NCBI GenBank assembly: GCA_013151055.1
Contig: JAADIZ010000110.1
Span: forward strand, 1-58,025
Direction of reading: 5' to 3'
DNA length: 58,025 bases
DNA from: Campylobacterota bacterium
Lineage (GTDB): Bacteria > Campylobacterota > Campylobacteria > Campylobacterales > Sulfurospirillaceae
Shown: positions 1-11,341 of the stretch, piece by piece
How the letters are laid out: each line of letters opens with the position of its first letter
Numbering within the stretch: position 1 is the stretch's first letter
Notes under the pieces: model-generated
What the model was told of the DNA's origin: nothing
The model's input: only the letters and a program-made list of their open reading frames with translations
Databases searched by the model: none
Program-made: the position numbers and the translations under genes

Positions 1-1
1 G

Positions 2-730
2 AGATAAAAATAGTTTTAGTCTGTCTGATTGAGGGTTTTCGAAAAATTCTTCAGGTGTATTTTCTTCGATAATTTGACCTGCTTCCATAAAGATAACACG
101 ATCTGCTACTTTTTTAGCAAAACCCATCTCATGAGTTACGCAAACCATTGTTCTATGCTCTTGTGCAAGCTCAATCATAACATCAAGAACTTCTGAAATC
201 ATTTCAGGGTCTAGTGCACTTGTTGGCTCATCAAAAAGCATAATGGATGGATTTTTACAAAGACTTCTAGCAATCGCGACTCTTTGTTGTTGTCCGCCAC
301 TCAATTGGTTTGGATATTTTTTTGCTTGATCAGCAATTCCAACTCTCTCAAGAAAATCCATAGCCGTTTTTATAGCTTCTTTTTTAGGAGTTTTTTTAAC
401 CCATATTGGAGCTAGTGTTAAATTATCAAGTATAGTTAGATGAGGAAAAAGATTAAAGCTTTGAAATACCATAGCCACATCTTCTCTGATCGCTTTTATT
501 TTTTTAACATCATCGCACAACTCTACATCATTTACGATTATTTGACCTTCTTGAAACTGTTCTAGGTAGTTTATACATCTAACAAGTGTTGACTTGCCAC
601 TTCCCGATGGTCCAGCTACAACTATAATTTCACCTTTTTTTACACTTAAGTTGATATTCTTAAGCACTTGAAAATCACCATACCATTTGTTTAAATTTTT
701 TATCTCAATTACATCGTTTTTATTTTCCAT
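2..730 (-). CDS. aapP: Polar amino acid ABC transporter ATP-binding subunit (AapP/GlnQ-like), 3' end runs off window
   Basis: Not in ORF track. Manual translation from ATG at 730: [24 protein letters not shown]..., Walker [34 protein letters not shown]; last gene of the aap-like operon. Confidence 0.88.
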   Translation of the reverse strand, partial: MENKNDVIEIKNLNKWYGDFQVLKNINLSVKKGEIIVVAGPSGSGKSTLVRCINYLEQFQEGQIIVNDVELCDDVKKIKAIREDVAMVFQSFNLFPHLTILDNLTLAPIWVKKTPKKEAIKTAMDFLERVGIADQAKKYPNQLSGGQQQRVAIARSLCKNPSIMLFDEPTSALDPEMISEVLDVMIELAQEHRTMVCVTHEMGFAKKVADRVIFMEAGQIIEENTPEEFFENPQSDRLKLFLS

Positions 731-738
731 TTTTTCCC

Positions 739-1824
739 CTATTTAAGATCTGTATTAAATCTTCGTTCTAATTTATTACTATATACCGACATCACATAAC
801 AAAATACCCAAAAAATAATCGTTACAAATACATAGCCTTCAGTTTCATACCCAAGCCAATGTGAATCACTAGCAGTTAATTGAACCATAGCAAGCAAGTC
901 AAACAAACCAATAATCATTACCAAAGTAGTGTTTTGGAATAGTGATATAAATATACCTACTAAGTTTGGAATTGCAACTTTTAGAGCTTGAGGTAGTATA
1001 ATTAGAAGTGTTTTTTGCCAATAAGATAGTCCCACAGCATCTGCTGCTTCGTATTGCCCATTTGGTATGGCTTGTATTCCACCACGAATTGCTTCGGCTA
1101 TATAAGCTGATTCAAAGATTATCAAACCAACAATAGCACGAAGTAACTTATCAAAAGTTACGCCATCAGGTAAAAATAGTGGTAGTATAACAGCGGACAT
1201 AAATAAAACAGTAATAAGAGGAACGGATCTTATAAGCTCTATGTATGTAACACTTATACTTTTAATAATTGGTAAATCTGATTTTCTTCCAAATGCAAAC
1301 AATACTCCAACTGGAAACGAAAAAACTATACCGACTGCGGAAATTACAATAGTGAGCATCAATCCACCCCACTTATTATAAAAAACTCCCTCAAGTCCGA
1401 ATATTCCACCACGAATCAAAATATATCCAACAATGAAATAAAGACCAGTAATAAGAATCTTTGTCATAGAATGTTTGAGATATTTAAAGCTCAATACAAC
1501 TAGAATAAACAGTCCATATGTCAAGTTTACTCTCCATCTTTCAGCCGCAGGATAAAATCCGTACATGAACATATCCATTTTCATTTTAATAAATACCCAG
1601 CAAGCACCATCTCCTGTACAAGAAGCACTAGTTGTTCCTTTGAAGTTTGCATCAATTATAGACCACTTTATAAAAGGCGGGATTACCCATAGTACAAGTG
1701 CTATACCCAAAACTGTTAAAGCGACATTTAAAGGAGAAGAAAAAAGATTTTCTCTCATCCAGTGCAAAATCCCTATTGAGCTAGAAGGTGCTTTTCTTGG
1801 TTCGATTTGTTTATAAACAGCCAC
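739..1824 (-). CDS. aapM: General L-amino acid ABC transporter permease (AapM-like)
   Basis: Multiple TM segments, EAA-loop [24 protein letters not shown], operon context. Confidence 0.88.
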   Translation of the reverse strand: MAVYKQIEPRKAPSSSIGILHWMRENLFSSPLNVALTVLGIALVLWVIPPFIKWSIIDANFKGTTSASCTGDGACWVFIKMKMDMFMYGFYPAAERWRVNLTYGLFILVVLSFKYLKHSMTKILITGLYFIVGYILIRGGIFGLEGVFYNKWGGLMLTIVISAVGIVFSFPVGVLFAFGRKSDLPIIKSISVTYIELIRSVPLITVLFMSAVILPLFLPDGVTFDKLLRAIVGLIIFESAYIAEAIRGGIQAIPNGQYEAADAVGLSYWQKTLLIILPQALKVAIPNLVGIFISLFQNTTLVMIIGLFDLLAMVQLTASDSHWLGYETEGYVFVTIIFWVFCYVMSVYSNKLERRFNTDLK

Positions 1825-1825
1825 T

Positions 1826-2980
1826 TTATCTTTCCTTAATTTTCATTTTAAAATTTATCCAGTTAAAAAAAGCAGATACTACAAGACTTATTACTAGATA
1901 AACCAACATGGTTATTGCGATAATCTCAATCGCCTGACCGACTTGATTTAGTGTTGTTCCTGCAAATACAGTGACAAGTTCCGGATACCCAATAGCAGTT
2001 GCTAAAGAAGAGTTTTTTAAGATATTTAAATATTGGTTTATGGTTGGAGGGATTGCTATTCTTATGGCTTGAGGTAAAATTACTAATTTCAGTGCTTGAT
2101 AATTTGACAAACCAATTGAGGCTGATGCTTCTTTTTGTCCTTTGCTTACTGCTTCTATACCACTTCTTACTGCTTCTGCTATAAATGTTGCAGTATATAT
2201 AGTAAGTGCAAGTGTAAGTGCTACAAATTCTGGATAAAAATGTTTTCCGCCTATAAAACCAAAGCCAACTAATTTTGGATTTGAAAAATCAAAATTTGCA
2301 CCACCAACAAAATAACCAATAATCGGTGCTATAACTAACAAACCTAATGCTGTAAGTAGCACAGGAAACTCTTCTCCTGTTAACTCATGCCTTTTATTTG
2401 CCCATCTATTTAGAAAAAATACAAAAACAAGAACGATAAAAACAGCTACTGTCATCGTAATTGTTGTAGAATCTAGTGCAGGTTGTGGCACATAAAAACC
2501 ACGATTGTTTAAAAATATCTTTCCAAAAAAATCTACACTATTTTTTGGGGAAGGAAGTAGTCTAAGAACTACATTATACCAAAAAAGTATCTGTAATAAC
2601 ACAGGGATGTTTCTAAATATTTCAATATAAGCTGATGAAATTTTTCTTACAAGCCAGTTTTTTGAAAGTCTTAATACTCCGATAATTAATCCTAATAAAG
2701 TTGCAAGAACTATAGAAACGAAAGTGACTATTAAAGTATTTAACAGCCCAACAAAAAATACTCTAGCATAAGTATTTGATGGAGTATAAGGTATAGGAGA
2801 ATCATCTATACCAAAACCTGCAGTTCCATTGAAAAAACCGAAACCTGTTCGTATGCCTCTTTGTGCTATATTATGCGAAGTATTAGTCCCAATATACCAC
2901 ATAAAAGCTACAACCAGTGTAATTGAAATTAGTTGAAATATATATCCCCTAACTTTTCTATCACGCAAAAATGCTAACAT
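1826..2980 (-). CDS. aapQ: General L-amino acid ABC transporter permease (AapQ-like)
   Basis: TGFGFF...GFGI N-terminal motif, AEAVRSGIEAVSKGQKEA EAA-loop. Confidence 0.88.
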   Translation of the reverse strand: MLAFLRDRKVRGYIFQLISITLVVAFMWYIGTNTSHNIAQRGIRTGFGFFNGTAGFGIDDSPIPYTPSNTYARVFFVGLLNTLIVTFVSIVLATLLGLIIGVLRLSKNWLVRKISSAYIEIFRNIPVLLQILFWYNVVLRLLPSPKNSVDFFGKIFLNNRGFYVPQPALDSTTITMTVAVFIVLVFVFFLNRWANKRHELTGEEFPVLLTALGLLVIAPIIGYFVGGANFDFSNPKLVGFGFIGGKHFYPEFVALTLALTIYTATFIAEAVRSGIEAVSKGQKEASASIGLSNYQALKLVILPQAIRIAIPPTINQYLNILKNSSLATAIGYPELVTVFAGTTLNQVGQAIEIIAITMLVYLVISLVVSAFFNWINFKMKIKER

Positions 2981-3004
2981 TATATTCCTTTTTTTTGTAG
3001 AGTT

Positions 3005-3023
3005 GGGCAGGAAAAACCTGCCC
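3005..3023 (-). terminator. Intercistronic stem-loop after the binding-protein gene (mRNA stabiliser or partial terminator)
   Basis: GGGCAGG-AAAAA-CCTGCCC perfect 7-bp GC-rich stem between aapJ and aapQ; no U-tract on the coding strand. Confidence 0.6.
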
Positions 3024-3038
3024 TAAAATATAAATTTT

Positions 3039-4064
3039 TTATTTAAATGGAGGGGAATACTGAAGACCGCCATCTTTCCATTGTGCATTTAGACCTCTTT
3101 TGATTTTAAGAGGTGAACCCATTCCAACATTTCTATAGTATGACTCACCATAGTTTCCAACTTGCTTAATTATATTGTAAGCCCAGTCTTTTTTTAAGTG
3201 TAAGTTCGCACCAAGTCTTCCTTCTACACCTAAAATTCTTTTAATAGCAGGATCTTTTGTTGTAGCTTTCAAGCTATCAACATTTTTACTTGTAATTCCT
3301 CTTTCTTCAGCTGCAACCATAGCATTGTAAGACCATTTAACGATATTAAACCAAACATCATCTCCTTGTCTAACAACTGGTCCTAAAGGCTCTTTTGAAA
3401 TAATTTGAGGAAGAATTACAGAACCAGCAGGATTTTTTAATGTACTTTGTAGTGCATGTAGTTGAGAAGAATCTGAAGTCATAACATCACATCTTCCACT
3501 TTCATAACCATTTCTTACTTGAGAAGTTGTATCATAAGAAACTGACTTATATTTCATGCCATGTGATGTAAAATAGCTAGCTAAGTTAAGCTCTGTAGTT
3601 GTTCCTGCTTGTACACAAACAGCAGCTCCATTTAAATCAAGAGCACTCTTTATACCAAGAGATTTATGAACCATAAAAGCTTGACCATCGTAAAAGTTAA
3701 TGCCAGCAAAGTTTAAGCCCAAAGAAGCATCTCTTGTTTCAGTCCAAGTTGTATTTCTAGAGAGTATATCAATTTCACCACTTTGAAGTGCTGTAAATCT
3801 CTCTTTTGCAGTTAGTGGTGTATATCTAACTTTAGATGCATCTCCTAAAACAGCCGCAGCGACTGCTCTACAAACATCTACATCAATTCCGCTCCATTCT
3901 CCTTTTGCATTAGCTGATGAAAAACCAGGAAGTCCTGTATTTACACCACACTTTATATAGCCTTGTGCTATAGTATCACTTAGCGTATCCGCTGAAGCAA
4001 CAGAGGCACTTATGCCGACAACAGTTATTGCAGCTACTGCAATTTTAGCAATCTTTGATCTCAT
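3039..4064 (-). CDS. aapJ: General L-amino acid ABC transporter substrate-binding protein (AapJ/BztA-like)
   Basis: Signal peptide; GIDVDVCRAVAAAV, RFTALQSGEIDILSRNTTWT, ISKEPLGPVVRQGD, VGNYGE motifs. Confidence 0.92.
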   Translation of the reverse strand: MRSKIAKIAVAAITVVGISASVASADTLSDTIAQGYIKCGVNTGLPGFSSANAKGEWSGIDVDVCRAVAAAVLGDASKVRYTPLTAKERFTALQSGEIDILSRNTTWTETRDASLGLNFAGINFYDGQAFMVHKSLGIKSALDLNGAAVCVQAGTTTELNLASYFTSHGMKYKSVSYDTTSQVRNGYESGRCDVMTSDSSQLHALQSTLKNPAGSVILPQIISKEPLGPVVRQGDDVWFNIVKWSYNAMVAAEERGITSKNVDSLKATTKDPAIKRILGVEGRLGANLHLKKDWAYNIIKQVGNYGESYYRNVGMGSPLKIKRGLNAQWKDGGLQYSPPFK

Positions 4065-4160
4065 ATTGAGTCCTTTTGAAAGAAATTTATATTTTATTGC
4101 AAAATAATTTCATAAATATTTCATAATACTTACTTTATAAATTACAACACATATCCGAAA

Positions 4161-4189
4161 ATTATACAAATATTTTAATTAATAGTCAA
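4161..4189 (-). promoter_or_regulatory. Sigma70 promoter for the aap operon
   Basis: Minus strand TTGACT-N17-TATAAT about 95 nt upstream of the aapJ ATG. Confidence 0.65.
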
Positions 4190-4215
4190 TTAAAAGGTTA
4201 TGTAAAATATAAATT

Positions 4216-5133
4216 TTAACTACTTTTTGCAGAATTGTTACAATTCTTCCTTACATTCTTCGGATATCTGGAATCAAGTGTGAAAAAAATTAGAGCAACC
4301 CAAATCAAAGAGAAAGTTACAAGTTTTTCTGAGTTAAATGGTTCATGATAAACAAAAACACCTAGTAAAAAGGCTATAGTTGGACCAAAATATTGCAAGA
4401 AACCCAATTTAACCAAAGATACTCTTGTAGCTGCAGCATTAAACCACAATAGAGGTATCACGGTTATAAGTCCAGCACATATCAATAATATAGAGATATA
4501 GTTTAAAGGTAAAACAAAAGCATTTTGCGAAGTATAAACCAAATATATAAAATATATCAATGCGAAAGGAGAGATGATAAGTGTTTCTATATATAATCCT
4601 GCCATTGATGGAAGCGAGATTTTTTTTCTAAGCATCCCATAAAAACCAAAAGAGAGTGCTAGGGTAATTGAAACAAGAGGAATAGAACCAAATGAAATTA
4701 TTTCATTGATGATAGCCAAAGTGGCAAAGAAAATAGCAATCTTTTGAAACTTTGTTGGCTTTTCATTAAAGAAAAACATACCTAAGATAACATTTACTAT
4801 AGGATTTATGTAGTAGCCCAAGCTCGCTTCTGTGATTTTATTGTTTGAAATAGCCCAAATAAAAACTAGCCAATTAGTTGAAATTAGTATAGAAGTTAAA
4901 AAAAGTATCTTTAATTTTTTTCTGTCTCTTAGGATATTTTTAAAAATTGACATTTGTTTTGTGGAAATCATCAATATTGTAAGAAAAATTACTGACCAAA
5001 AAATTCTATGTACGAGAATTTCAGTAGGAGCAACAGATTTGACAGCTTTGAAATATATAGGTACTAATCCCCAAAAAACAAATGCCAAAATAGCGTAAAC
5101 AACACCTTTTTTTTCTTCACTCATATTTTCCAA
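4216..5133 (-). CDS. rarD: EamA-family transporter RarD
   Basis: EILVHRIFWS, EASLGYYINP, LGFLQYFGPT motifs; about 10 TM segments. Confidence 0.9.
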   Translation of the reverse strand: MENMSEEKKGVVYAILAFVFWGLVPIYFKAVKSVAPTEILVHRIFWSVIFLTILMISTKQMSIFKNILRDRKKLKILFLTSILISTNWLVFIWAISNNKITEASLGYYINPIVNVILGMFFFNEKPTKFQKIAIFFATLAIINEIISFGSIPLVSITLALSFGFYGMLRKKISLPSMAGLYIETLIISPFALIYFIYLVYTSQNAFVLPLNYISILLICAGLITVIPLLWFNAAATRVSLVKLGFLQYFGPTIAFLLGVFVYHEPFNSEKLVTFSLIWVALIFFTLDSRYPKNVRKNCNNSAKSS

Positions 5134-5233
5134 AAACGACTCCCAAGATATTAAAAGTTAAGCATTCTACAACTATTTACTTAAATTTAAAGAAAAAAAA
5201 CAGTATAATCCCTAAATTTTATAAAATTAAGGT

Positions 5234-6607
5234 ATGTATACAATGAAATCATGGAATAAATCGTCATGGAGAAATTTTGAAATAAAACAACAACCAAATT
5301 ATCCTGATGTTAATGAATTAAAAAGAGTTGAAGAAGAAATTAGCAAGTTTCCACCACTTGTATTTGCTGGAGAAGTTAGAAAACTAAAGTATGAATTAGC
5401 AAAGGTAGCTGAAGGAAAAGCTTTTTTACTTCAAGGTGGTGATTGTGCAGAGAGTTTTGCAGAATTTAATGCCGACAATATAAGAGATATGTTTAAAGTT
5501 ATGATGCAAATGGCTGTTGTTTTAACATTTGCAGGCGGATGTCCTGTTATAAAAGTTGGAAGACTTGCAGGTCAATTTGCAAAGCCAAGGTCAAGTGACT
5601 TTGAAGAAAAAGATGGCAAAAAATTACCAAGTTATAGAGGCGATATAGTAAATGGCAATGAATTTAGTGAAGAAGCCAGAATTCCTGATCCAAACAGAAT
5701 GATAAAAGCTTATAATCAATCTTCGGCTACGATGAACCTACTTCGTGCATTTGCAAGAGGTGGGTTGGCCGATCTTCATAAAGTAAATAAATGGAATCTA
5801 AGTTTTGTTAAAGAAAATGCTCTTGGAGAAAAATATCAAGAGTTAGCAAATAAAATCACTGAAACATTAGCATTTATGGAAGCATGTGGAATCACTTCAC
5901 AAAATACTCCTATGATAAATGAAACCGTCTTATATACCTCTCATGAAGCTCTTCTTTTGAACAATGAAGAAGCAATGACAAGAGAAGATAGTTTGAGCGG
6001 AAATATGGTTGATTGTTCGGCTCATATGCTTTGGATTGGTGATAGAACACGAGGTGTTGATGAAGCTCATGTTGAGTTTTTGCGAGGAGTTATAAATCCG
6101 ATAGGTATAAAAGCGGGTCCTAGCATGACCGAAAGTGATTTGTTGTCACTAATAGATAAATTAAACCCAGATAATGAAGCGGGTAAAATAAATATAATAG
6201 TAAGAATGGGTGCTGATAAAATTGAAAAAGAATTTCCAAAACTTTTGCGAGCTGTGAAAAATGCTGGTAAAAAAGTTATATGGAGCATAGACCCAATGCA
6301 CGGCAATACAATCAAAGCATCAAATAACTATAAAACAAGAGTATTTGATGAAGTTTTAAGAGAAGTAAAAGGCTTTTTCAAAGTGCATGAGCAAGAAGGA
6401 ACTTTTCCTGGAGGAGTTCATCTTGAAATGACAGGTCAAGATGTCACAGAGTGCGTTGGTGGCTCAAGTGAAGTAACAGAGGAAAATCTTAGTTCAAGAT
6501 ACAATACACATTGTGATCCAAGGCTAAATGCTAGTCAAGCACTAGAGCTTGCATTTTTAATAGCCCAGTCTCTGAAAGATGCGAAAGACAGAATGAAAAA
6601 TAGCTAA
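5234..6607 (+). CDS. Class II 3-deoxy-7-phosphoheptulonate (DAHP) synthase
   Basis: [40 protein letters not shown] motifs; start may be the ATG at 5243. Confidence 0.95.
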   Translation: MYTMKSWNKSSWRNFEIKQQPNYPDVNELKRVEEEISKFPPLVFAGEVRKLKYELAKVAEGKAFLLQGGDCAESFAEFNADNIRDMFKVMMQMAVVLTFAGGCPVIKVGRLAGQFAKPRSSDFEEKDGKKLPSYRGDIVNGNEFSEEARIPDPNRMIKAYNQSSATMNLLRAFARGGLADLHKVNKWNLSFVKENALGEKYQELANKITETLAFMEACGITSQNTPMINETVLYTSHEALLLNNEEAMTREDSLSGNMVDCSAHMLWIGDRTRGVDEAHVEFLRGVINPIGIKAGPSMTESDLLSLIDKLNPDNEAGKINIIVRMGADKIEKEFPKLLRAVKNAGKKVIWSIDPMHGNTIKASNNYKTRVFDEVLREVKGFFKVHEQEGTFPGGVHLEMTGQDVTECVGGSSEVTEENLSSRYNTHCDPRLNASQALELAFLIAQSLKDAKDRMKNS

Positions 6608-6612
6608 AAATA

Positions 6613-7188
6613 TTACTCAAGGTGTAGTGATATAACTCTATCACTACACCAAGTCGCCAAAGATTCATCATGAGTTATAAGCAAAATTCCAACTCTATCT
6701 AAGAATTTTAATAATAATTTCATGACTTCAAGTTGGGTAATATTATCAAGTGCACTTGTAGGCTCATCCGCCAAAATCAAATCAGGCTTCATGAGTATTG
6801 CTCGTAGTATCGAGCATCTTTGGAGTTGCCCACCACTTAGCATATGTGGTTTTTTATAGAGTAACTCTTTTTCTAAGTTTAATTCTTCGCATAAAACCTC
6901 ATAATTATCCAATGGCGTCACATCTTTTATCTGATCGATGATGCTATATGTTGGATGAAAAGAAGTGTAGGGGTCTTGGAAAATTTGAGAAATCTTTTCA
7001 ACCCTTACAAACCCACCATTTGGCTTTAAATTTTTAGCGATTAGTTCAAACAGGGTACTTTTTCCTGAGCCACTAGGACCGACGATACATACAACTTCGC
7101 CTTTTTTCATATGTAAAGAAAAGTTTTTATAAATATTTTTTTTTCCATCATAAGAAAAAGTAAGATTGTCTATTTGTAGTATTTTCAC
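6613..7188 (-). CDS. Short ABC ATP-binding protein (no adjacent permease)
   Basis: [36 protein letters not shown]. Confidence 0.85.
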   Translation of the reverse strand: MKILQIDNLTFSYDGKKNIYKNFSLHMKKGEVVCIVGPSGSGKSTLFELIAKNLKPNGGFVRVEKISQIFQDPYTSFHPTYSIIDQIKDVTPLDNYEVLCEELNLEKELLYKKPHMLSGGQLQRCSILRAILMKPDLILADEPTSALDNITQLEVMKLLLKFLDRVGILLITHDESLATWCSDRVISLHLE

Positions 7189-8426
7189 TCCCTTATATTG
7201 CCTTTCCCGTAAATCTTAAACTTGTATGTTGTTAAGTCGTTTATCCCCATAGGACCTCTTGAGTGAAGTTTGCTTGTGCTAATGCCAACTTCTGCACCAA
7301 AGCCAAACTCAGCACCATCTGTAAATCGTGTACTTGAGTTTATATAAACACAAGCTGAATCAACTTCATTTAAAAATCTTTCGCCATTTGTGTAGTTTTG
7401 AGTTAAGATTGATTCTGAATGACCTGAGCTGTGTTTATTGACATGAGATATCGCTTCATCTATGTCTTTTACGATTTTTATAGAGAGGATATTATCTAAG
7501 TACTCAGTATAAAAATCTTCTTCTGAGGCTTTTGATATATTTATATACTTGCGAGTAGCTTCACAGCCTAGTAATTTAGTATTTTGCTTATCAAATTGAA
7601 CTTTTACCTTTGGCAAAAATTCTTTGGCGATATCTTTGTGCACAAGTAAAGTTTCCATAGCATTGCAAACTCCTGGTCTTTGGCATTTAGCATTTATGGA
7701 TATATCGATTGCATTTTGCAAATCAGCACTACTATCAACATATATATGACAAAGCCCTTTATCGTGTTTTATAACAGGCACACTAGAGTTTTTAGATACG
7801 AATTTAATGAGCCCTTCACCGCCTCTTGGAATTATCAAGTCAACATAATCATCCATTTTTATAAGCTTAGCAACACCTTCTCTAGAATCATCTGGTAGCA
7901 AAGATATTATCTCTTTTGGTAAATCGTTTTTTTCTAAAACCTCTTGCAATATAGAAGCTATGATTTGATTGCTATTTGCTGCCTCTTTTCCACCTTTTAA
8001 AACACAAACATTTCCACTTTTAAAACAAAGTGCTGCTGTGTCACTTGTTACATTTGGTCTGCTTTCATATATGATGCCAATTACTCCTATTGGCGTGGTC
8101 ACTTTTTCTATGCGTAAACCACTAGAAACAACCCATCCTTCAATGATTTTTCCAACTGGCTCGTTTAGTGTTGCTATTTCTCTTATGCTTTTTGCCATAG
8201 CTTGAATTCTAGATTTATCTAATTCTAGCCTATCAAGTAAAGCATATGAGAGATTTTCTTTTTTTCCTGCAATGATGTCTTTTTGGTTTTCAAAGATAAT
8301 AATATTTTCGTTTTCAACCAAAGCATCTGCGATTTCATTTAGTACTTTTGTTTTTATTTTTGTGCTAAGTGTAGAAATGACTCTACTAGAGTATTTTGCT
8401 TTTTTTAAAAATTGTTCCAATTTCAT
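7185..8426 (-). CDS. proA: Gamma-glutamyl phosphate reductase
   Basis: GVIGIIYESRPNVT, CNAMETLLVH, STRFTDGAEFGFGAEVGIST. Confidence 0.96.
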   Translation of the reverse strand: MKLEQFLKKAKYSSRVISTLSTKIKTKVLNEIADALVENENIIIFENQKDIIAGKKENLSYALLDRLELDKSRIQAMAKSIREIATLNEPVGKIIEGWVVSSGLRIEKVTTPIGVIGIIYESRPNVTSDTAALCFKSGNVCVLKGGKEAANSNQIIASILQEVLEKNDLPKEIISLLPDDSREGVAKLIKMDDYVDLIIPRGGEGLIKFVSKNSSVPVIKHDKGLCHIYVDSSADLQNAIDISINAKCQRPGVCNAMETLLVHKDIAKEFLPKVKVQFDKQNTKLLGCEATRKYINISKASEEDFYTEYLDNILSIKIVKDIDEAISHVNKHSSGHSESILTQNYTNGERFLNEVDSACVYINSSTRFTDGAEFGFGAEVGISTSKLHSRGPMGINDLTTYKFKIYGKGNIRE

Positions 8427-8537
8427 TCCTTAAGTGTTACTTTATTTATCGATTTAAATATTTTTTTAAAGATTTCAATATAAATTCAATATAAATTTGA
8501 TAAAATTAGAGTAATTATACAATATAAGGGGTGCAAA

Positions 8538-9488
8538 ATGCAACAAATGTACGATATGATAATTATAGGTAGTGGTCCAGGAGGAGTTGGAGCTGCTATA
8601 GAGTCTAAGATTTTGGGTCTTGAAAAAATCTTAGTTATCGAAAAAGCCGATAATCACTCTCAAACAATTAGAAAATTTTATAAAGATAATAAAAGAGTTG
8701 ATAAAGATTACCAAGGTCAAGAAGTAGAGATAAAAGGAAATGTTCAATTTTTAGATGGTACAAAAGAGAGTACGCTAGACTATTTTGATCAACTAATTGA
8801 TAATGAAGAAATTGATGTTGCGTTTAACAGTGAAGTTGAAAAAATTGAGAAAAAAGATGATTTGTTTTTGGTTACAACTGCAAATGCAGGTTTTACTACA
8901 AAAAATGTAATTATTGCAATTGGAAGAATGGGAAGACCAAATAAGCCAAATTACAAAATTCCTCTTTCCATCAAACAAAGAGTGAGTTTTAATCTTGAAA
9001 AATGCTCTCAAGGAGAAAAAATTGTAGTAGTAGGAGGAGGAGACTCAGCAGTTGAGTATGCTGTGTATCTTTCCAATAAAAATAATGTAACTCTAAACTA
9101 TAGAAGAACAGAATTTGCTAGAATAAATGATATAAATAGGCAAGATTTAAAAGATGCAATTGGGTATGAAAAACTAAGACCAAGACTTGGATGCAACATA
9201 CTTTCACTTCAAAACGAAGAAGGCTTGGTAAAAGCAAATTATGATGATGGATATAGCGTAGTTTATGACAGAGCTATATATGCGATTGGAGGAACTACTC
9301 CTGTCGAATTTTTAAAAAAATGTGGTATTGAATTGAATGAAAAAAATCAACCAGTAATAGATGAGAATTATGAAACAAAAACTGATGGGATGTATATAGT
9401 GGGTGATCTAGCAGTGAGTAATGGTGGCAGTATCGCTATAGCACTAAACCATGCATATCATGCTGTTACGCATATATTGTCAAAATAA
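8538..9488 (+). CDS. TrxB-fold NAD(P)/FAD oxidoreductase without redox CxxC (FqrB / ferredoxin-NADP reductase-like)
   Basis: GSGPGG FAD motif, GGGDSA NADPH motif, YIVGD; no CxxC. Confidence 0.75.
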   Translation: MQQMYDMIIIGSGPGGVGAAIESKILGLEKILVIEKADNHSQTIRKFYKDNKRVDKDYQGQEVEIKGNVQFLDGTKESTLDYFDQLIDNEEIDVAFNSEVEKIEKKDDLFLVTTANAGFTTKNVIIAIGRMGRPNKPNYKIPLSIKQRVSFNLEKCSQGEKIVVVGGGDSAVEYAVYLSNKNNVTLNYRRTEFARINDINRQDLKDAIGYEKLRPRLGCNILSLQNEEGLVKANYDDGYSVVYDRAIYAIGGTTPVEFLKKCGIELNEKNQPVIDENYETKTDGMYIVGDLAVSNGGSIAIALNHAYHAVTHILSK

Positions 9489-9496
9489 GAGTCTGT

Positions 9497-11341
9497 ATGA
9501 GATATAGTTCTTTTTCTGTTTTTTTGAATTTTTTATTTGTTTCCATTATTTTAGTGGGCTCAATTGTGGTATATCAAGTAGGCAACTTTGATGGAATCAG
9601 TTTAAAATCTTTGAAAAAAGATTATGTATATAAAAAAAATCTTAAATTTGCTGATTTGTCCCCTAGTGAGCAAAAAAAGTATATAAATAAAAAAGAAATC
9701 AAGAAAGAAAGTGATAATTTAATCAATATTGATGAAATTAACTTTGATGAAAATTCTATAAATTCAGTTGATAAGCTAAAACTAGCAATAAGAAACATAA
9801 AAAATAAATTTTTAATTGTGCAAAATGACAATTTGGTTTTATTTAATGAAAAACAAAAACTTGCTAAATTGTTGAAAAAATCCAAAAATGAACTGATAAA
9901 ACAAAAAAATAAGTTAACACAGAGAAATTTAGAGCAAATCAATGAAACTGAGCAACAACATTATAAAAATATTAGTGAATTAACAGCAAAACTAAATGAT
10001 TTACAAAGAGAAAATATTGAGCTATCTCAAGGCAACAATGCAAAAGTAATAGAGTTAAAAAATAAAATATCATCTCTAAACGAAAAAATAAAAAATACCA
10101 AAGTACAGAGTGATAAAAATGTAGATTTAAGAGTGCTAAATGAAAAAAATAAAAACCAAACTTTAAATGAAACAATAAAATTGCTACAAAAAAGAGTTGG
10201 GCTTTTACAAAAAAACATGCAAGGTGCAAACGAACATCAACAACAATTATTGCTAGATAAAGATTCGCAAATTTCTACTTTAGAAATAAAAAATAAACAA
10301 ATTTTAAAAGATAAAACATTGCTCATAGAGAAAAATACAAAAACTCTACTCAAGGTTGAGCAAAAACAAAATAGAAGATTAAAAGAGATTAATGGAAAAA
10401 TCGCAAAATTACAAGATGAAAATAACGAAATAAAAAATAAAAATAATAAAGAAAAAGAACAAATTAACAAACTTTACGATGAAAAAATAGTATCACTAAA
10501 TAAGCAAATTATTGCTCTAAAATCAAATATAGAAGAATTAAATAAGAACGCTAATGCATCAGAAATTTCACTTAAATTAGTGAAAAAAGATAATAAAAAA
10601 CTCACTATGAAAACAGGTGAATTAGAGACAACGATAACAGAACTTGAGAAAGAAAAGAAGTTCCAAAAAGATAAATTTTCTCTCAAGTTAGAAAAAAATG
10701 AAAAAAAACATAATGAAAATTATAAAATTCTAAATGAACAAGTCTTTAGCTATGAAAAAGCTATTGATAAACTCAAAAAAGATAAAAATGATTTTACAAA
10801 TAAAGAAAATGATAGAATATCACAAATCAGAGATGCATTTAATGAACTCAGAATTGATGCAAAACAAAGAGAAACAAATTATTCAGATAAAATTAAAAAA
10901 TTAAAATATGAACTAAAACAAAGAGAACTATTTTATGCAAAAAAATATAAAAAAATTAAACCTAAAAAACTAGTTTTGATAAGTAAGGTTGATTGTCAAG
11001 ATATGCCATTTGGAAAAGCAAAAGCAACAAAAGCTTGTAAGCTAAAAGTAGATAAATTTTTATCACACTATGACACTTCATACTATTTTGAAGTTGTTCC
11101 AATAGTAGATAATGAAGGTTTTTCTTCTTTAAAAAAACTAAAAAAGCATAAAGGCATGATGCCAAATAGCGAAATTAAAAGATTAACTAAACTAGCAAAT
11201 CTAGGACTAGGAAAGTATAGAGCCGAAGAGGGAGGAAGACTTGTTAAGTTAAAATTTAAAGATTTAGCAAAGATAAGTTATGCTCCAAATAATATCGCAA
11301 TTGGCAAAAAAAGAGGTTTCGTAATAAGAGTTTATAAATAA
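9497..11341 (+). CDS. Membrane-anchored long coiled-coil protein with a C-terminal globular domain, function unknown
   Basis: N-terminal hydrophobic helix, about 400 aa K/E/N/L heptad-rich region, distinct C-terminal ~125 aa domain. Confidence 0.7.
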   Translation: MRYSSFSVFLNFLFVSIILVGSIVVYQVGNFDGISLKSLKKDYVYKKNLKFADLSPSEQKKYINKKEIKKESDNLINIDEINFDENSINSVDKLKLAIRNIKNKFLIVQNDNLVLFNEKQKLAKLLKKSKNELIKQKNKLTQRNLEQINETEQQHYKNISELTAKLNDLQRENIELSQGNNAKVIELKNKISSLNEKIKNTKVQSDKNVDLRVLNEKNKNQTLNETIKLLQKRVGLLQKNMQGANEHQQQLLLDKDSQISTLEIKNKQILKDKTLLIEKNTKTLLKVEQKQNRRLKEINGKIAKLQDENNEIKNKNNKEKEQINKLYDEKIVSLNKQIIALKSNIEELNKNANASEISLKLVKKDNKKLTMKTGELETTITELEKEKKFQKDKFSLKLEKNEKKHNENYKILNEQVFSYEKAIDKLKKDKNDFTNKENDRISQIRDAFNELRIDAKQRETNYSDKIKKLKYELKQRELFYAKKYKKIKPKKLVLISKVDCQDMPFGKAKATKACKLKVDKFLSHYDTSYYFEVVPIVDNEGFSSLKKLKKHKGMMPNSEIKRLTKLANLGLGKYRAEEGGRLVKLKFKDLAKISYAPNNIAIGKKRGFVIRVYK

